Of a DNA stretch of 64,000 nt, positions 1 through 10,022 are shown one piece after another. The DNA comes from Bdellovibrionota bacterium (GTDB lineage Bacteria > Bdellovibrionota_G > JALEGL01 > DATDPG01): contig OY764265.1 of NCBI GenBank assembly GCA_963668355.1, positions 1,024,001-1,088,000 of the forward strand. The letters run 5' to 3'. The position numbers and the translations under genes are program-made. The notes beneath the pieces are model-generated. The model was given only the letters and a program-made list of their open reading frames with translations. It was not told the DNA's origin and did not search any database. Numbering within the stretch: the first letter of the stretch is position 1; the number at the start of each line of letters is the position of its first letter.

Positions 1-450
1 GACCTCTCCGTTTTGTTGAATCCAGCGCACCTTCTCCAAAGAAATCTTCATTTGCGTCAACAAGCTAATCAATCGTTCTTTTGAACCGGCGGTCCACAAC
101 ACACCCAAAGGACCTAGCAATTCCAATGGAGGCTTCCTCTCTACACCTCTTGGAGTCACGCGATAGGATTTTCCAGGCATGACCAATTCGTTGATCACTC
201 CATTTGGATACTTGGATTCCATTCGAAACTGAAGCGGGCGCTTAATCCAAATGTTTTCCGAAATTTCCGCTTGGCCATCCTCATAGTCCCGGCCAAAAAG
301 AGTTGTGACTTGGGCAACATGCAGGGTTTTGACACGGCGAATTTTTTTCATCCATTGGCCCAACACAAAATCCGAAGAAGGGACATAGGCCAACGCCTGT
401 GAACTAAAAAAGAGAAAAAACGATGCGAAAAGAAATCGCACGAAGATCAC
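1..450 (-). CDS. Exported protein, possibly LolA-like fold (runs off the window start)
   Basis: Manual translation from GTG at 450, which overlaps the galU TGA: MIFVRFLFASFFLFFSSQALAYVPSSDF...ENIWIKRPLQFRMES. Signal peptide present; frame open to base 1; WIKRPxxFR resembles LolA-family proteins. Confidence 0.65.
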   Translation of the reverse strand, partial: MIFVRFLFASFFLFFSSQALAYVPSSDFVLGQWMKKIRRVKTLHVAQVTTLFGRDYEDGQAEISENIWIKRPLQFRMESKYPNGVINELVMPGKSYRVTPRGVERKPPLELLGPLGVLWTAGSKERLISLLTQMKISLEKVRWIQQNGEV

Positions 451-1322
451 TCTCCCCGTTTTAACAACTTGTTTAGAATGGGCTTGAGTTTTTCTCGTAA
501 ATCTGGGGCTTGCCAAGCGTGAAGTAAATTGGCTTCGATAAAACCTACCGGCTGTCCGGAGTCCAGCCGATCTCCCTCAAAGGGATAGGCCGTCATTCCC
601 TTTTCTTTTGCGATTTTCAACATGGCATCGGTCAACTGAATTTCTCCCAATTTGCCAGGCTTGGTTTCTTCAATCGCATTGAAAATTTCGGGTTCAAATA
701 AATACCTGCCAATGATGGCCCACTGACTGGGAGCTTCTTCTGTCTTTGGCTTCTCCACCATTCCCTCAATGGAAAAGGGATTTCTTCCTTCCATATTGGA
801 TCCAAAAACAATTCCATACGAACTCACGCGGTCACGCGCAACATGTTCTACCGCCACAACTGAACATCCATCTTTCTCGTACTGAGCCATCAATTGAGCG
901 GCGCAAGGGACCTTCGACACCACCAAATCATCCGGCAAGACAACCAAGAAGGGTTCATTCTCAATGGCTTCTCGTCCGCATAAAACTGCATGTCCGAGAC
1001 CCTTGGCTTCCATCTGATAGAGCTTACGAAACTTCACCTTCTCAAGAAGCTCCGGGTGATCCTGTAAGCGATCAGACTGGTTACGTTCGGCCAGAACTTG
1101 TTCAACCCACCCCCCGGAAGAAAAGTGATCGAAAATAATTTCTTTCTCGGGGTGGATGATAAGAACGATTTCCTCGATCCCGGACAGGGCCAACTCAATG
1201 GCGATCCGCTCCAAGGCGGGACGATCTACAATGGGTAGAAGCTCTTTGGGAACAACTTTGGTAGCTGGAAGAAATCGTGTGCCCAAACCTGCAGCAGGAA
1301 TGAGGGCTTTTCTAGGCTTCAT
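447..1322 (-). CDS. galU: UTP--glucose-1-phosphate uridylyltransferase
   Basis: KALIPAAGLGTRFLPATKVVPKELLP, GLGHAV, VEKP and EIQLTDA motifs. ATG at 1322 overlaps the dksA stop (ATGA). Confidence 0.95.
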   Translation of the reverse strand: MKPRKALIPAAGLGTRFLPATKVVPKELLPIVDRPALERIAIELALSGIEEIVLIIHPEKEIIFDHFSSGGWVEQVLAERNQSDRLQDHPELLEKVKFRKLYQMEAKGLGHAVLCGREAIENEPFLVVLPDDLVVSKVPCAAQLMAQYEKDGCSVVAVEHVARDRVSSYGIVFGSNMEGRNPFSIEGMVEKPKTEEAPSQWAIIGRYLFEPEIFNAIEETKPGKLGEIQLTDAMLKIAKEKGMTAYPFEGDRLDSGQPVGFIEANLLHAWQAPDLREKLKPILNKLLKRGE

Positions 1323-1705
1323 GCCTCCATCCGTTTTTCTTGCTCTTCCATATCGGTCTTGCACTCAATACATTGAGTGGTAACCATGCGGGCCCGAAGA
1401 CGTTTCTCACCAATCGGCTCTCCACAAATCTCACAAAGACCGAATTCACCTTTATCAATTCGCTCGATGGCTTCTTTGATTTTGAGAATCAATTTTCTCT
1501 CGCGATCTTTGATGCGGAGAAGAAAATTTCGATCCATTTCTTCCGAAGCTTGATCCGTTAAATCCGCCGGGACCTCTTTGACTTCCGTCATATTGCCCAT
1601 TTGTTGGCGCGCGTCTGAAATCAAGTCATTCATTCGCTCCGTTAACATTTTCCGAAACTCTTCTTGTTTTTTCTTTGTCAGTGCTGCTCTTTTAGCTGCT
1701 GCCAT
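1319..1705 (-). CDS. dksA: RNA polymerase-binding protein DksA
   Basis: DLTDQA coiled-coil tip, DRERKLILKI, CEICGEPI...CIEC zinc finger. GGAGG RBS before ATG 1705. Confidence 0.93.
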   Translation of the reverse strand: MAAAKRAALTKKKQEEFRKMLTERMNDLISDARQQMGNMTEVKEVPADLTDQASEEMDRNFLLRIKDRERKLILKIKEAIERIDKGEFGLCEICGEPIGEKRLRARMVTTQCIECKTDMEEQEKRMEA

Positions 1706-1990
1706 AATATTTACCTCCAACTACACCAACCCATGGGCGGGTCGGTAAGACACTATAACGAACCAAGACGCCGTTTTCCAGCCTTTCCGGCGCAGGCCAA
1801 ATTTTCCTTTTTCAAAAAACCTGGATTTTTTTGAGAAATGGTGCGGTGAAAAAAATGGATTCCTTCACGAAATCGCTTTCTCTAGAACACCAGAGCGACA
1901 CGGGAAAATATACGTCTGGGGGGATTTTCCCATGTCGCTCTTGAGCACTCCTTGGGTGTTCGCACCCCCTTATAGGGTAGTCGTAAAAAC

Positions 1991-2872
1991 CTATGCTTCG
2001 CCTGGAACCGTTGTCCGGACTTCGACATCGGCGACGGACGCATCTTCGACACATTCTACAATGAATTCGAAGTCCTCTTCTCGTCGAGGAATGTTCTCCG
2101 GTATTTTGGCCAAGCGGTCCTCCCGAGCCAGGACGCTTCGGTTGGCTGGGGGGACAGATCGGTACATATACGCCAGCTTTCGAATTTGCGTCATCACATC
2201 ACTCGGAATCCCAGAAAGACTTGTCATTTCAAACACTCTTGTTCTCCTCACCCACGTCAACGATGGAATGCCAATGGCAAAAAACTTCCGAACATCAATG
2301 TCACTGATCTCTTCGCTATCTCGAAGTGCTCGATAAAATTCGACAAGATTGCGAACGGCCAAGCGATAACCTCGAAAATGAACATCAAAGCGCTCGCTCA
2401 ATTTATGAAAACCTTCCATCACCACTTCGCGCATGGCCGCCGATCCGGTCTGGTCTCTCTCTCCCAAAGCCAGCTGTAAAAGGGAACGGAAGAACGTAAG
2501 ATCTTCTGCATGACGCTCTAGCCCCACGGCTTCTGTTCGAGAAATCAACGGAGAAATCACCATCTCCGAAATCTCCAACAGTTCTCGAGAGGTTTCGCCC
2601 AGCGTCAAAGCTTTGATGTATCTGGAAACCGGCGCCAACGCGTTCTGGGCCAATTCAAGATACGTTTCTTGCATCTGTCGAATGCCCGGATCCGGGCTCA
2701 GACCATCTGCGCGTTCTGCTTCTTCCGCGGCGAGAGCCATCTCCTCTTCCGCCGTCATTTCCAAGTTATCGAGTTCTTTGTCGAGCTCTTCGATCAAGTC
2801 ATCGGGAAGACGGTGCTCTACTTCTCCAAAATCTTGCTCCATGGCTCTGGCATAGGGATCTTCACTCATCAC
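1991..2872 (-). CDS. Hypothetical protein with acidic N-terminus and probable C-terminal helix-hairpin-helix region
   Basis: 293-aa ORF with GGAGG RBS. KFFAIGIPSLTWV...SLSGIP resembles HhH repeats. Confidence 0.7.
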   Translation of the reverse strand: MMSEDPYARAMEQDFGEVEHRLPDDLIEELDKELDNLEMTAEEEMALAAEEAERADGLSPDPGIRQMQETYLELAQNALAPVSRYIKALTLGETSRELLEISEMVISPLISRTEAVGLERHAEDLTFFRSLLQLALGERDQTGSAAMREVVMEGFHKLSERFDVHFRGYRLAVRNLVEFYRALRDSEEISDIDVRKFFAIGIPSLTWVRRTRVFEMTSLSGIPSDVMTQIRKLAYMYRSVPPANRSVLAREDRLAKIPENIPRREEDFEFIVECVEDASVADVEVRTTVPGEA

Positions 2873-3129
2873 AGCTTACCTCCGAAGGGTTTTTTATTGA
2901 GGACGAGTCCGTTGAATACGGTTCGAGAAATTTGTGTGTGAGGATTCCCCTTTTCCTTGGCTTCATCGGCAAGGAAGCTTGAGTCACCCACGGCTGAATA
3001 GTATCGACACACACCTATCTTTCTTGCATGAATGGTACTATATCGTAACGTATGGTCAACTTTTTTTAATAAATTCCGACCTTAATGAAAATCAAGAAAA
3101 AGATGCCCAAAATGAGATTTTTTTTGAAT

Positions 3130-3678
3130 TCAGGACTTATGGGGAATCGCCAAAACGGCTGCCTTCATCAAATCCCCAATAACAAAGGGCACGAAGCCCA
3201 TGGCCAAGGCATGTCCCCAAGAAATCCCGAGAACCAGCTTAAGCTGAAGGACACCCGGAACAAAGATCAATAAAGCCATGGCGGAAAGCCGGGTCCATTT
3301 TTGAAAATAGGAGAGGTCTTTCCATACAGGATGAATCCATGCCGCCGTTAATCCAGCCACCAGCGGGAAACCAATCAAATATCCCCCATTGGCGGAAAGG
3401 AGATACTGAAAAGACGAGGTGTCCCCGGTGAACAAAGGCAGTCCCAAGCCGCCCAAGAGAAGATACAGAATTTGGGCATAGAAGCCGTCTTTTCCCAAGA
3501 ACATGGCGCCTCCGAGAATGACCGCGGTCTGAAGAGACAGGGGAACCGGCGTAAAAGGAAGGGGAATGGCCACCCAAGCGCTCAGACCGGTGAGCAAAGC
3601 CACAGCCAAGACTGAAAAAACACGAATCAGCGGACGGGGAGCCGCCTGCACTTGTTCCCGTAAGGTCAAAGAATTCAT
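3130..3678 (-). CDS. bioY: Biotin transporter BioY
   Basis: IPLPFTPVPLSLQT, YLLLGGLGLPLF, GGYLIGF and PFVIGDLMK motifs. Start placed at MNSLTL. Confidence 0.9.
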   Translation of the reverse strand: MNSLTLREQVQAAPRPLIRVFSVLAVALLTGLSAWVAIPLPFTPVPLSLQTAVILGGAMFLGKDGFYAQILYLLLGGLGLPLFTGDTSSFQYLLSANGGYLIGFPLVAGLTAAWIHPVWKDLSYFQKWTRLSAMALLIFVPGVLQLKLVLGISWGHALAMGFVPFVIGDLMKAAVLAIPHKS

Positions 3679-3709
3679 GTCCCGAACGATGCCAGGATTC
3701 TGGAGTACG

Positions 3710-4561
3710 TCAACTTTCCACGCGCGGGTCCAACGCGTCACGCAAAGCGTCTCCCACCAGATTGAAAGAAAGAACAATGAAAAACATGGCGAGCGTGGCC
3801 CCTCCGAGCTGCCACCAAATGCCTCGAATGAGTTCTTCTTTGGAATCGGCAATCATGATTCCCCAACTGGGCTCCCCTTGAACACCCAACCCCAAGTAAC
3901 TCAGAATCACCTCGGATTTGATCGCGTAAATGAAACGAAGAGAGAAATCGATAATCAAAAGATGAAACACATTGGGAAGAATGTGGAAAAACAAAATTCG
4001 TGCATGTCCGGCACCCAAAGCTTTGGCGGCCACGACATAGTCCTGGTCCTTGAGTTTAAGCACCTCAGCCCGAATGAGCCTGCAAATGCCTACCCACGAA
4101 GTTAACCCCACGGCGATATAGATGGAGACCAATCCTTTTCCCAATACGAAACTCAGCGAGGTCAATAAAAGGATTTGAGGAACGGATGTCACCGTGGAGT
4201 AAATCCAAACGACGAATTCATCCAAACGTCCGCCGAAGTAACCCGCCAATAATCCCAATAGCGCCCCAATCGGAATGGCAATGGCAGACGCAACCAACCC
4301 CACGGAAAAAGCCACTTGGGCTCCATGCAAAACTTTGGCAAAAACATCCCTGCCTAAAAAATCTGTTCCCAAAAAGAATTGGGCTCCAGGGGGAGCGTAG
4401 CTAGAACCCACACGCTCTCTAAAATCAAACGGCAAAACTCCCAAAGCCGAGGTCAAAGCGATCAGAGCATAGACAAAGATGCAGACCAGCCCAAACAAAG
4501 CCAGACGGTTGGACAGAACTTTTCGAAGAGCCTCTCTTCCGGGAGAATGCCGTCGGATCAC
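3710..4561 (-). CDS. Oligopeptide/dipeptide ABC permease (OppC/DppC family)
   Basis: LGTDFLGRDVF, EAA-like loop DYVVAAKALGA, NLVGDALRDALDPR. Confidence 0.92.
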   Translation of the reverse strand: MIRRHSPGREALRKVLSNRLALFGLVCIFVYALIALTSALGVLPFDFRERVGSSYAPPGAQFFLGTDFLGRDVFAKVLHGAQVAFSVGLVASAIAIPIGALLGLLAGYFGGRLDEFVVWIYSTVTSVPQILLLTSLSFVLGKGLVSIYIAVGLTSWVGICRLIRAEVLKLKDQDYVVAAKALGAGHARILFFHILPNVFHLLIIDFSLRFIYAIKSEVILSYLGLGVQGEPSWGIMIADSKEELIRGIWWQLGGATLAMFFIVLSFNLVGDALRDALDPRVES

Positions 4562-5493
4562 TTGAGCACCACTCTCGGATCGGCCTTCGCATAGAGAAGA
4601 TCGGATAGAAGATTAGCCATCACATAAAGAACGGCACCCAAAAAAGTCATGGCCTTGACCACCGGCCAATCGGCATTATTGAAGGCATCAATCATCATGC
4701 TGCCTAAGCCGGGAATGCCAAAGAAGTTCTCAAGCAAAAGCGAACCTAAGAACAGAAACGGAATTTCCACCACCATGCGCGTGATGATGGGAAGCATGGC
4801 ATTGCGAAGCACATGTTTAAAAAGAATGGAGCGCGTGCTTAAACCTTTGGCTTTGGCTGTTCGTACATAGTCCTGCTGCAACTCTTCCAGAAAAACGGTA
4901 CGAAAAAAACGAACATCCGCCCCCGTGGCCAAGAGAATCCAAATCAGCCAAGGAAGTGCGAGGTAGGTGATCGCCTCAGGAAAACTTTGCTCATAACCCG
5001 AAATCGGAAACCAATTGAATTTAAACGCCAACACATACTGCCCCACCAAAATGTAGGCGAGGGCGCTGATGCTCATACCCAAGACGGAGATCACAACCAA
5101 GAATCGATCAATGAGTTGATTCCGATGCGCCGCGGCCAACATCGCCAATGCAATCGCCAGCGTTTCACTCATCAAAAAGGCCGGAAGGGCCAGAGCCAAA
5201 GAAACTCCCGCACCATCTGCCAACATACGTCCAATGGTTTGGTGTGTATAAAACGAACGACCAAAATCCATGGTTACAATTTGTTTTAAATAATCAATGA
5301 ATTGCCAGAAAAGTGAGCGATCGAAACCATACTGCACACGAAGCGCAGCAAGTTCCTCCGCGGTCGCGTGCTTTCCTGCTAATTGAACGATGGGATCGCC
5401 ACCTGCCAAATAAAAAACAACGAATGTAATCAACGACACGCCGAACAAAATCGGAATGACATAGAGAGTTCTGCGTATGATGTAAGCAATCAT
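4558..5493 (-). CDS. Oligopeptide/dipeptide ABC permease (OppB/DppB family)
   Basis: YIIRR start, DYVRTAKAKGL, FGIPGLG, DLLYAKADPRV. Confidence 0.92.
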   Translation of the reverse strand: MIAYIIRRTLYVIPILFGVSLITFVVFYLAGGDPIVQLAGKHATAEELAALRVQYGFDRSLFWQFIDYLKQIVTMDFGRSFYTHQTIGRMLADGAGVSLALALPAFLMSETLAIALAMLAAAHRNQLIDRFLVVISVLGMSISALAYILVGQYVLAFKFNWFPISGYEQSFPEAITYLALPWLIWILLATGADVRFFRTVFLEELQQDYVRTAKAKGLSTRSILFKHVLRNAMLPIITRMVVEIPFLFLGSLLLENFFGIPGLGSMMIDAFNNADWPVVKAMTFLGAVLYVMANLLSDLLYAKADPRVVLK

Positions 5494-7283
5494 TTTAACC
5501 GCGGAAGAAGCTCCTGTTTCTTCTTTAAATCGATGCCCAGGTATTTATAGGCCCCTGGAGAAAATGGATTTCTTTTATAATTTCTCACCCATCCCTGTCG
5601 AAGTGGAAAAGCGAGACGATGACCCAAAAATGCCCAGGGCACTTCTTCATGAATGATACGAACCATCTCTTTCACGATTTCCGCCCGTTCAGGCGAGTCC
5701 GGCATATCTCGCATTCTTCGATAAAGCTCATCGTATCGATCGTTCTGAAAATTCGCGTGATTCGGCCCGGGAGAAACATTCTCGCTGTAAAGTAATTGAA
5801 GAAAATTTTCTGGATCTGGATAGTCTGCGCTCCACGCGTATCCAAAAAACATCGTCTGTCCTTTGGCCATGCGTTGGTTGAGCTGAGGCCACGTACTGCC
5901 CCGAAGTTCCACATTCAACCCAATTTGGGACAAATCATAGGCAATGGCTTCGCCCATTTGACGAGATGTCGTGGAGGAGGTGAGATCGTACGTGAGGGTC
6001 GGAATATTCCCCTCCCCTCCGTTTTTAAGATATTGGGCTTTGGCCTTCTGCATCCAAACCTTGGCTTGTTTGGGATTGTAAGCATTTGGATCTTTTAAAT
6101 TTGGGTCATAACCAAACAAACCAGGAGGAATTGGCCCTTTCGCCAGGATCGCACGATTATTGTAGAAGAGTCGGATCCGTTCTTTGCGATTCAGGGCCAT
6201 GGAAATGGCTTTGCGCAACGCTTTGTTTTTCCCAAGAAGAGGATCCCTCATATTGAAGACTTGAAACACGACATCCGCACCTTCTTCTCGTTCGACCACG
6301 ATGCCGCGATTCAAAATGTCTTTTTTGACGTTCATGTGTTCATCAAACACCGAATCGAACGCTTCTTTTGGGATTCCCCCCAAATCCAAATTGCCTTTGA
6401 GAAAATTGAGCCATTGGGGCTGAGATTCGGTGTAAATCCAAAGCGTCAAGCGATCCACTAAAGGAAGTCGCTTCCCAGCATCTTCGTTGGAAGCCTGCGA
6501 AGGATACGTTTCATTCCAATAATGCGAATTCCGATCAAAAACGATTTTCTGCCCCCGTCGCCATTGTTTCAACACAAAGGGGCCGGTCCCCACAGGATGA
6601 TTCAAGAACTCTTCTTGATAGGCACGAACCACTTCTTTGGCGACGACTTTGGTCGGGGCCATGGCCAAGACATACAAAAATTGTCGGTAGGGTTGGGTTA
6701 AATGAAAGACGAGCGTTTCATCGTCAGGCGCGAAAATCCCCTCTACAGGAATTTCATCGTAGGGCTGATCGGGAGATACTTTTTTCCGTTTCTCTCGAAA
6801 AGCATCCAACCCTCGAATGCGCCCCTCCAGAACCCACCACATGGGTGATTTTTGATACGGGTCCGCCAAGCGTTTGATCGAGTACACAAAATCTTGGGCT
6901 CGAAGCTTTCGGGGTTTTCCGTGAAAAGCGGGATCTTCATGAAATAGAACGTCTGATCGAATGCGAAACGTGTATCGCGTTTGATCTTTCGAAACCTCGG
7001 GCATATCTACGGCCAAAAGGGGTTCAAGGGCATATGGCCGCGCCAGAAACTGATACTGAAGCAAGCCTTGGTACACTTGATTGATCGCAACATGCGAATA
7101 GGCATCGGAGGCCTGGATCGGATCAAATCCTCGAATGTCCGCAACCAGAGAGCCATGAATTTCGTTCTTCAAATTTTTCGAAGAAGACCGTTCGCACTGG
7201 GTTAGGCCCAAAATCATGCTCCCAAAAAGCAGAATCGAAACCCCCAACCGAAAACGCATCCATTTCAACCCGTTGTTTTTCAT
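5490..7283 (-). CDS. Peptide ABC transporter substrate-binding lipoprotein (family 5)
   Basis: Lipobox-like LGLTQC; PLLA, DFVYSIKR, PVGTGPF and WSADYPDP motifs. Confidence 0.92.
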   Translation of the reverse strand: MKNNGLKWMRFRLGVSILLFGSMILGLTQCERSSSKNLKNEIHGSLVADIRGFDPIQASDAYSHVAINQVYQGLLQYQFLARPYALEPLLAVDMPEVSKDQTRYTFRIRSDVLFHEDPAFHGKPRKLRAQDFVYSIKRLADPYQKSPMWWVLEGRIRGLDAFREKRKKVSPDQPYDEIPVEGIFAPDDETLVFHLTQPYRQFLYVLAMAPTKVVAKEVVRAYQEEFLNHPVGTGPFVLKQWRRGQKIVFDRNSHYWNETYPSQASNEDAGKRLPLVDRLTLWIYTESQPQWLNFLKGNLDLGGIPKEAFDSVFDEHMNVKKDILNRGIVVEREEGADVVFQVFNMRDPLLGKNKALRKAISMALNRKERIRLFYNNRAILAKGPIPPGLFGYDPNLKDPNAYNPKQAKVWMQKAKAQYLKNGGEGNIPTLTYDLTSSTTSRQMGEAIAYDLSQIGLNVELRGSTWPQLNQRMAKGQTMFFGYAWSADYPDPENFLQLLYSENVSPGPNHANFQNDRYDELYRRMRDMPDSPERAEIVKEMVRIIHEEVPWAFLGHRLAFPLRQGWVRNYKRNPFSPGAYKYLGIDLKKKQELLPRLK

Positions 7284-7511
7284 AGCCCTTTCCAAACGCC
7301 CTTGATCTGCGCCGTTGATTATTCCATGAGATGAGACGAGTTTCTATGAATCCCTTCAATCCGGGGCGAAATTAAGGACCTCACGCAATTCCCTCGACTT
7401 TGGACGCCACCCCCTCAACAGGAAGCGCTCAGGGGCATCCCAGGCAGAGATCCGATGAAAGAGCCATTTCCTTCAAGAGAGATTCGAGTTAGAGTCCCCC
7501 TCGTGATCAAA

Positions 7512-8105
7512 ATGAATTTTTTCAACGGCTTGGCTCTGGCTCTATCTCTCAGCTTCTATCCTGCGGGGTCTTTCGCAGAAACCATTCACCTTAAGGACGG
7601 AAAAACACTTAAGGGCTCCATCGAACATGTCTACAAAGGCATTTACACAATCATCACACCCAATGGCCCTGAAACCATTGGACGGCACGAAATATCGAAG
7701 ATTGAATTTCCCAAAGATGTAAAAAACGCCCAACCCAAGGCCTTACCCAAAACTTCTTCCTCAACCTTCCTATCTACGATGGAGGAATCGGATGAACCGT
7801 ATGCCACGCCTTTAAATACATTCAAAACGTGGCGCAAGGCCGCCATTGAAGGAAGTTTAGACAAGATGGTTACGTGTTACGCTTCCTTCAAACAACGGGC
7901 AAAAAAGAAAGAGCTGAAAAAATTATCTCGGGAGGCTTGGGAAAAAATGCGCGCCGCTACGGCCAACACCGAATTTCTTCCCAGTGCCCCCATTTACATG
8001 GGAGATCGCGCTTTCATGGAAGTGGCTTGGACCCTAGATCTGAAAGGCGATACGCAAACCCTTAAGTTTATTTTGGAAAATGACGAGTGGAAACTCATGC
8101 AGTGA
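7512..8105 (+). CDS. Exported hypothetical protein
   Basis: Signal peptide ending SFA, ETIHLKDGKTLKG small beta domain, NTF2-like C-terminus (ENDEWKL). Start uncertain (7455-7512). Confidence 0.7.
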   Translation: MNFFNGLALALSLSFYPAGSFAETIHLKDGKTLKGSIEHVYKGIYTIITPNGPETIGRHEISKIEFPKDVKNAQPKALPKTSSSTFLSTMEESDEPYATPLNTFKTWRKAAIEGSLDKMVTCYASFKQRAKKKELKKLSREAWEKMRAATANTEFLPSAPIYMGDRAFMEVAWTLDLKGDTQTLKFILENDEWKLMQ

Positions 8106-8755
8106 AACCGGAACCCACATTTTGGACCTACCTCGGTCAGAGGCCTTATGCAGAGGTGTGGGAGCTTCAAGAAGAACATCGAAAGGCCATTCTTCAAAAG
8201 AAGGCCCCTGGCCACTTATTCTTGGTGGAGCACCCCCCCACCATTACATTTGGTCGAGCGGAAAAGGGAGAAAATCTTTTGCTATCGCCTGAATCTGCAG
8301 CCGAAAGAGGCGTAGACATTGTGGAAACCAGCCGAGGCGGACAAATCACCTATCATGGTCTGGGGCAACTCGTAGCTTACCCTGTGTTCAATATTCGACG
8401 TTGTGGTGGTGTCCGATGCTTTGTCCACGGCTTGGAAGAATGCATGCTTCGCTGTCTGGAACATTTTGGGATTCATGGAAATCGAAAAGAAGGCTTCCCT
8501 GGAGCTTGGACGGGTCCCCGAAAAATTGGATCCATCGGCATTCACGTTCGGAAAAATGTGTCCATTCATGGACTGGCCTTGAATGTCTGCACCCATTTGG
8601 CCGACTTTGCCTTCATTACGCCTTGTGGTTTACCAGGAGTCCGCATGACCTCCATGGAGCAAGAAGGTGTTGCAGTCACGGTAAAAGACGTTATTGATCC
8701 GTTTGTAAACGCATTTACAGACGTTTTTGGAAAGAGCTTGGTTGATCATGAGTAA
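8102..8755 (+). CDS. lipB: Octanoyltransferase LipB
   Basis: VEHPPTITFG, RGGQITYHG, KIGSIG, HGLALNV and ITPCG motifs. Start taken at the GTGA overlap. Confidence 0.95.
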   Translation: MKPEPTFWTYLGQRPYAEVWELQEEHRKAILQKKAPGHLFLVEHPPTITFGRAEKGENLLLSPESAAERGVDIVETSRGGQITYHGLGQLVAYPVFNIRRCGGVRCFVHGLEECMLRCLEHFGIHGNRKEGFPGAWTGPRKIGSIGIHVRKNVSIHGLALNVCTHLADFAFITPCGLPGVRMTSMEQEGVAVTVKDVIDPFVNAFTDVFGKSLVDHE

Positions 8756-10022
8756 ATATAAATCATTAAAAGGAATGCCCGATATTTTACCGGCCGACAT
8801 TCCACGCTGGCATGAAATGGAAAAACGCATTCGTCGCTTCCTTTCCATTTACGGATATACCGAAATTCGAACCCCCATCCTGGAAGAAACCGAACTTTTT
8901 GCTCGGTCCATCGGCTCATCCACCGACATTGTGGAAAAGGAGATGTTCACACTTCCTGAGGTCTCAGGAAAACCCGTTTCCCTTCGCCCCGAAGGAACGG
9001 CTTCGGTCCTTCGATCCTACCTAGAGCACCACCTCGGTCACGGACAAGACTTGCTCAAGGTTTATTATCTCGGCCCCATGTTTCGACATGAACGTCCTCA
9101 AAAAGGACGGCTTCGTCAATTCCATCAAATGGGAATTGAAGCCATTGGCAGCGACCACCCCTTCGTGGATGTCGAGGTCATGGTTCTTTTGATGAACTTA
9201 TTGGAATTTTTTCAAACCCCTGATCTACATTTGGAGATCAATAGCGTCGGGGACGAGGAGTGTCGGCCGGCCTATCGGAAAATTCTCAAGGATTTCTTGA
9301 AAGCCCATGCTCAAGAACTTTGCGAAAACTGTCAAAGACGAACGGATTCAAATCCCATGCGCGTCTTTGACTGTAAAGTTCCTTCATGCCAAAGCGTTTT
9401 GGAACAAGCTCCCATCATTCTTGACCACTTAAACGCTCGATGCGCCGACCACTTGGCTTCGGTCGAAGAAGGTTTACGCACAGCTGGAGTTTCGTTCACC
9501 AAAAATCCCCGCATCGTTCGAGGATTGGACTATTACGAACGCACCGCCTTCGAAGTCACTTCGGGAAACCTCGGGGCTCAAAACGCTGTAGCCGCTGGAG
9601 GGAGATACGACGGCCTGGCAGAGGTCATGGGCGGTTCCCACACCCCAGCCATTGGCTTCGCTATGGGTTTGGAAAGACTCCTTTTAACCCTCGGAGATTC
9701 TTTGATTCCCTCTCTTCAAAAACGCGTGGAGTTTGTTCCCCTCGATGACAAGGCACAGATTCAAACGATGGCTCTTTCCATGCAAACCCGGCAGGCGTGT
9801 GTCCGTTCAGATACATCTCCCACCATCGAGTTCCTTCCCGAACCCAAAAGCATCAAGGCTGCATTGCGCAGGGCCAATCGCAACCAAGCCGTTGCGGCGA
9901 TTCTTCTCGGGTCGGAAGAAATGAAAAAAAACACGGCTACGGTCAAATGGCTAAATGGCAAAGACCAGAAAGAGATTCGATTCGAAGACCTACCTAGCTA
10001 TTTGTCAAAGGAGCTTGCATGA
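8748..10022 (+). CDS. hisS: Histidine--tRNA ligase
   Basis: LRPEGTA, FRHERPQKGRLRQFHQ, RGLDYY, GGRYDGL. Confidence 0.97.
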   Translation: MSKYKSLKGMPDILPADIPRWHEMEKRIRRFLSIYGYTEIRTPILEETELFARSIGSSTDIVEKEMFTLPEVSGKPVSLRPEGTASVLRSYLEHHLGHGQDLLKVYYLGPMFRHERPQKGRLRQFHQMGIEAIGSDHPFVDVEVMVLLMNLLEFFQTPDLHLEINSVGDEECRPAYRKILKDFLKAHAQELCENCQRRTDSNPMRVFDCKVPSCQSVLEQAPIILDHLNARCADHLASVEEGLRTAGVSFTKNPRIVRGLDYYERTAFEVTSGNLGAQNAVAAGGRYDGLAEVMGGSHTPAIGFAMGLERLLLTLGDSLIPSLQKRVEFVPLDDKAQIQTMALSMQTRQACVRSDTSPTIEFLPEPKSIKAALRRANRNQAVAAILLGSEEMKKNTATVKWLNGKDQKEIRFEDLPSYLSKELA

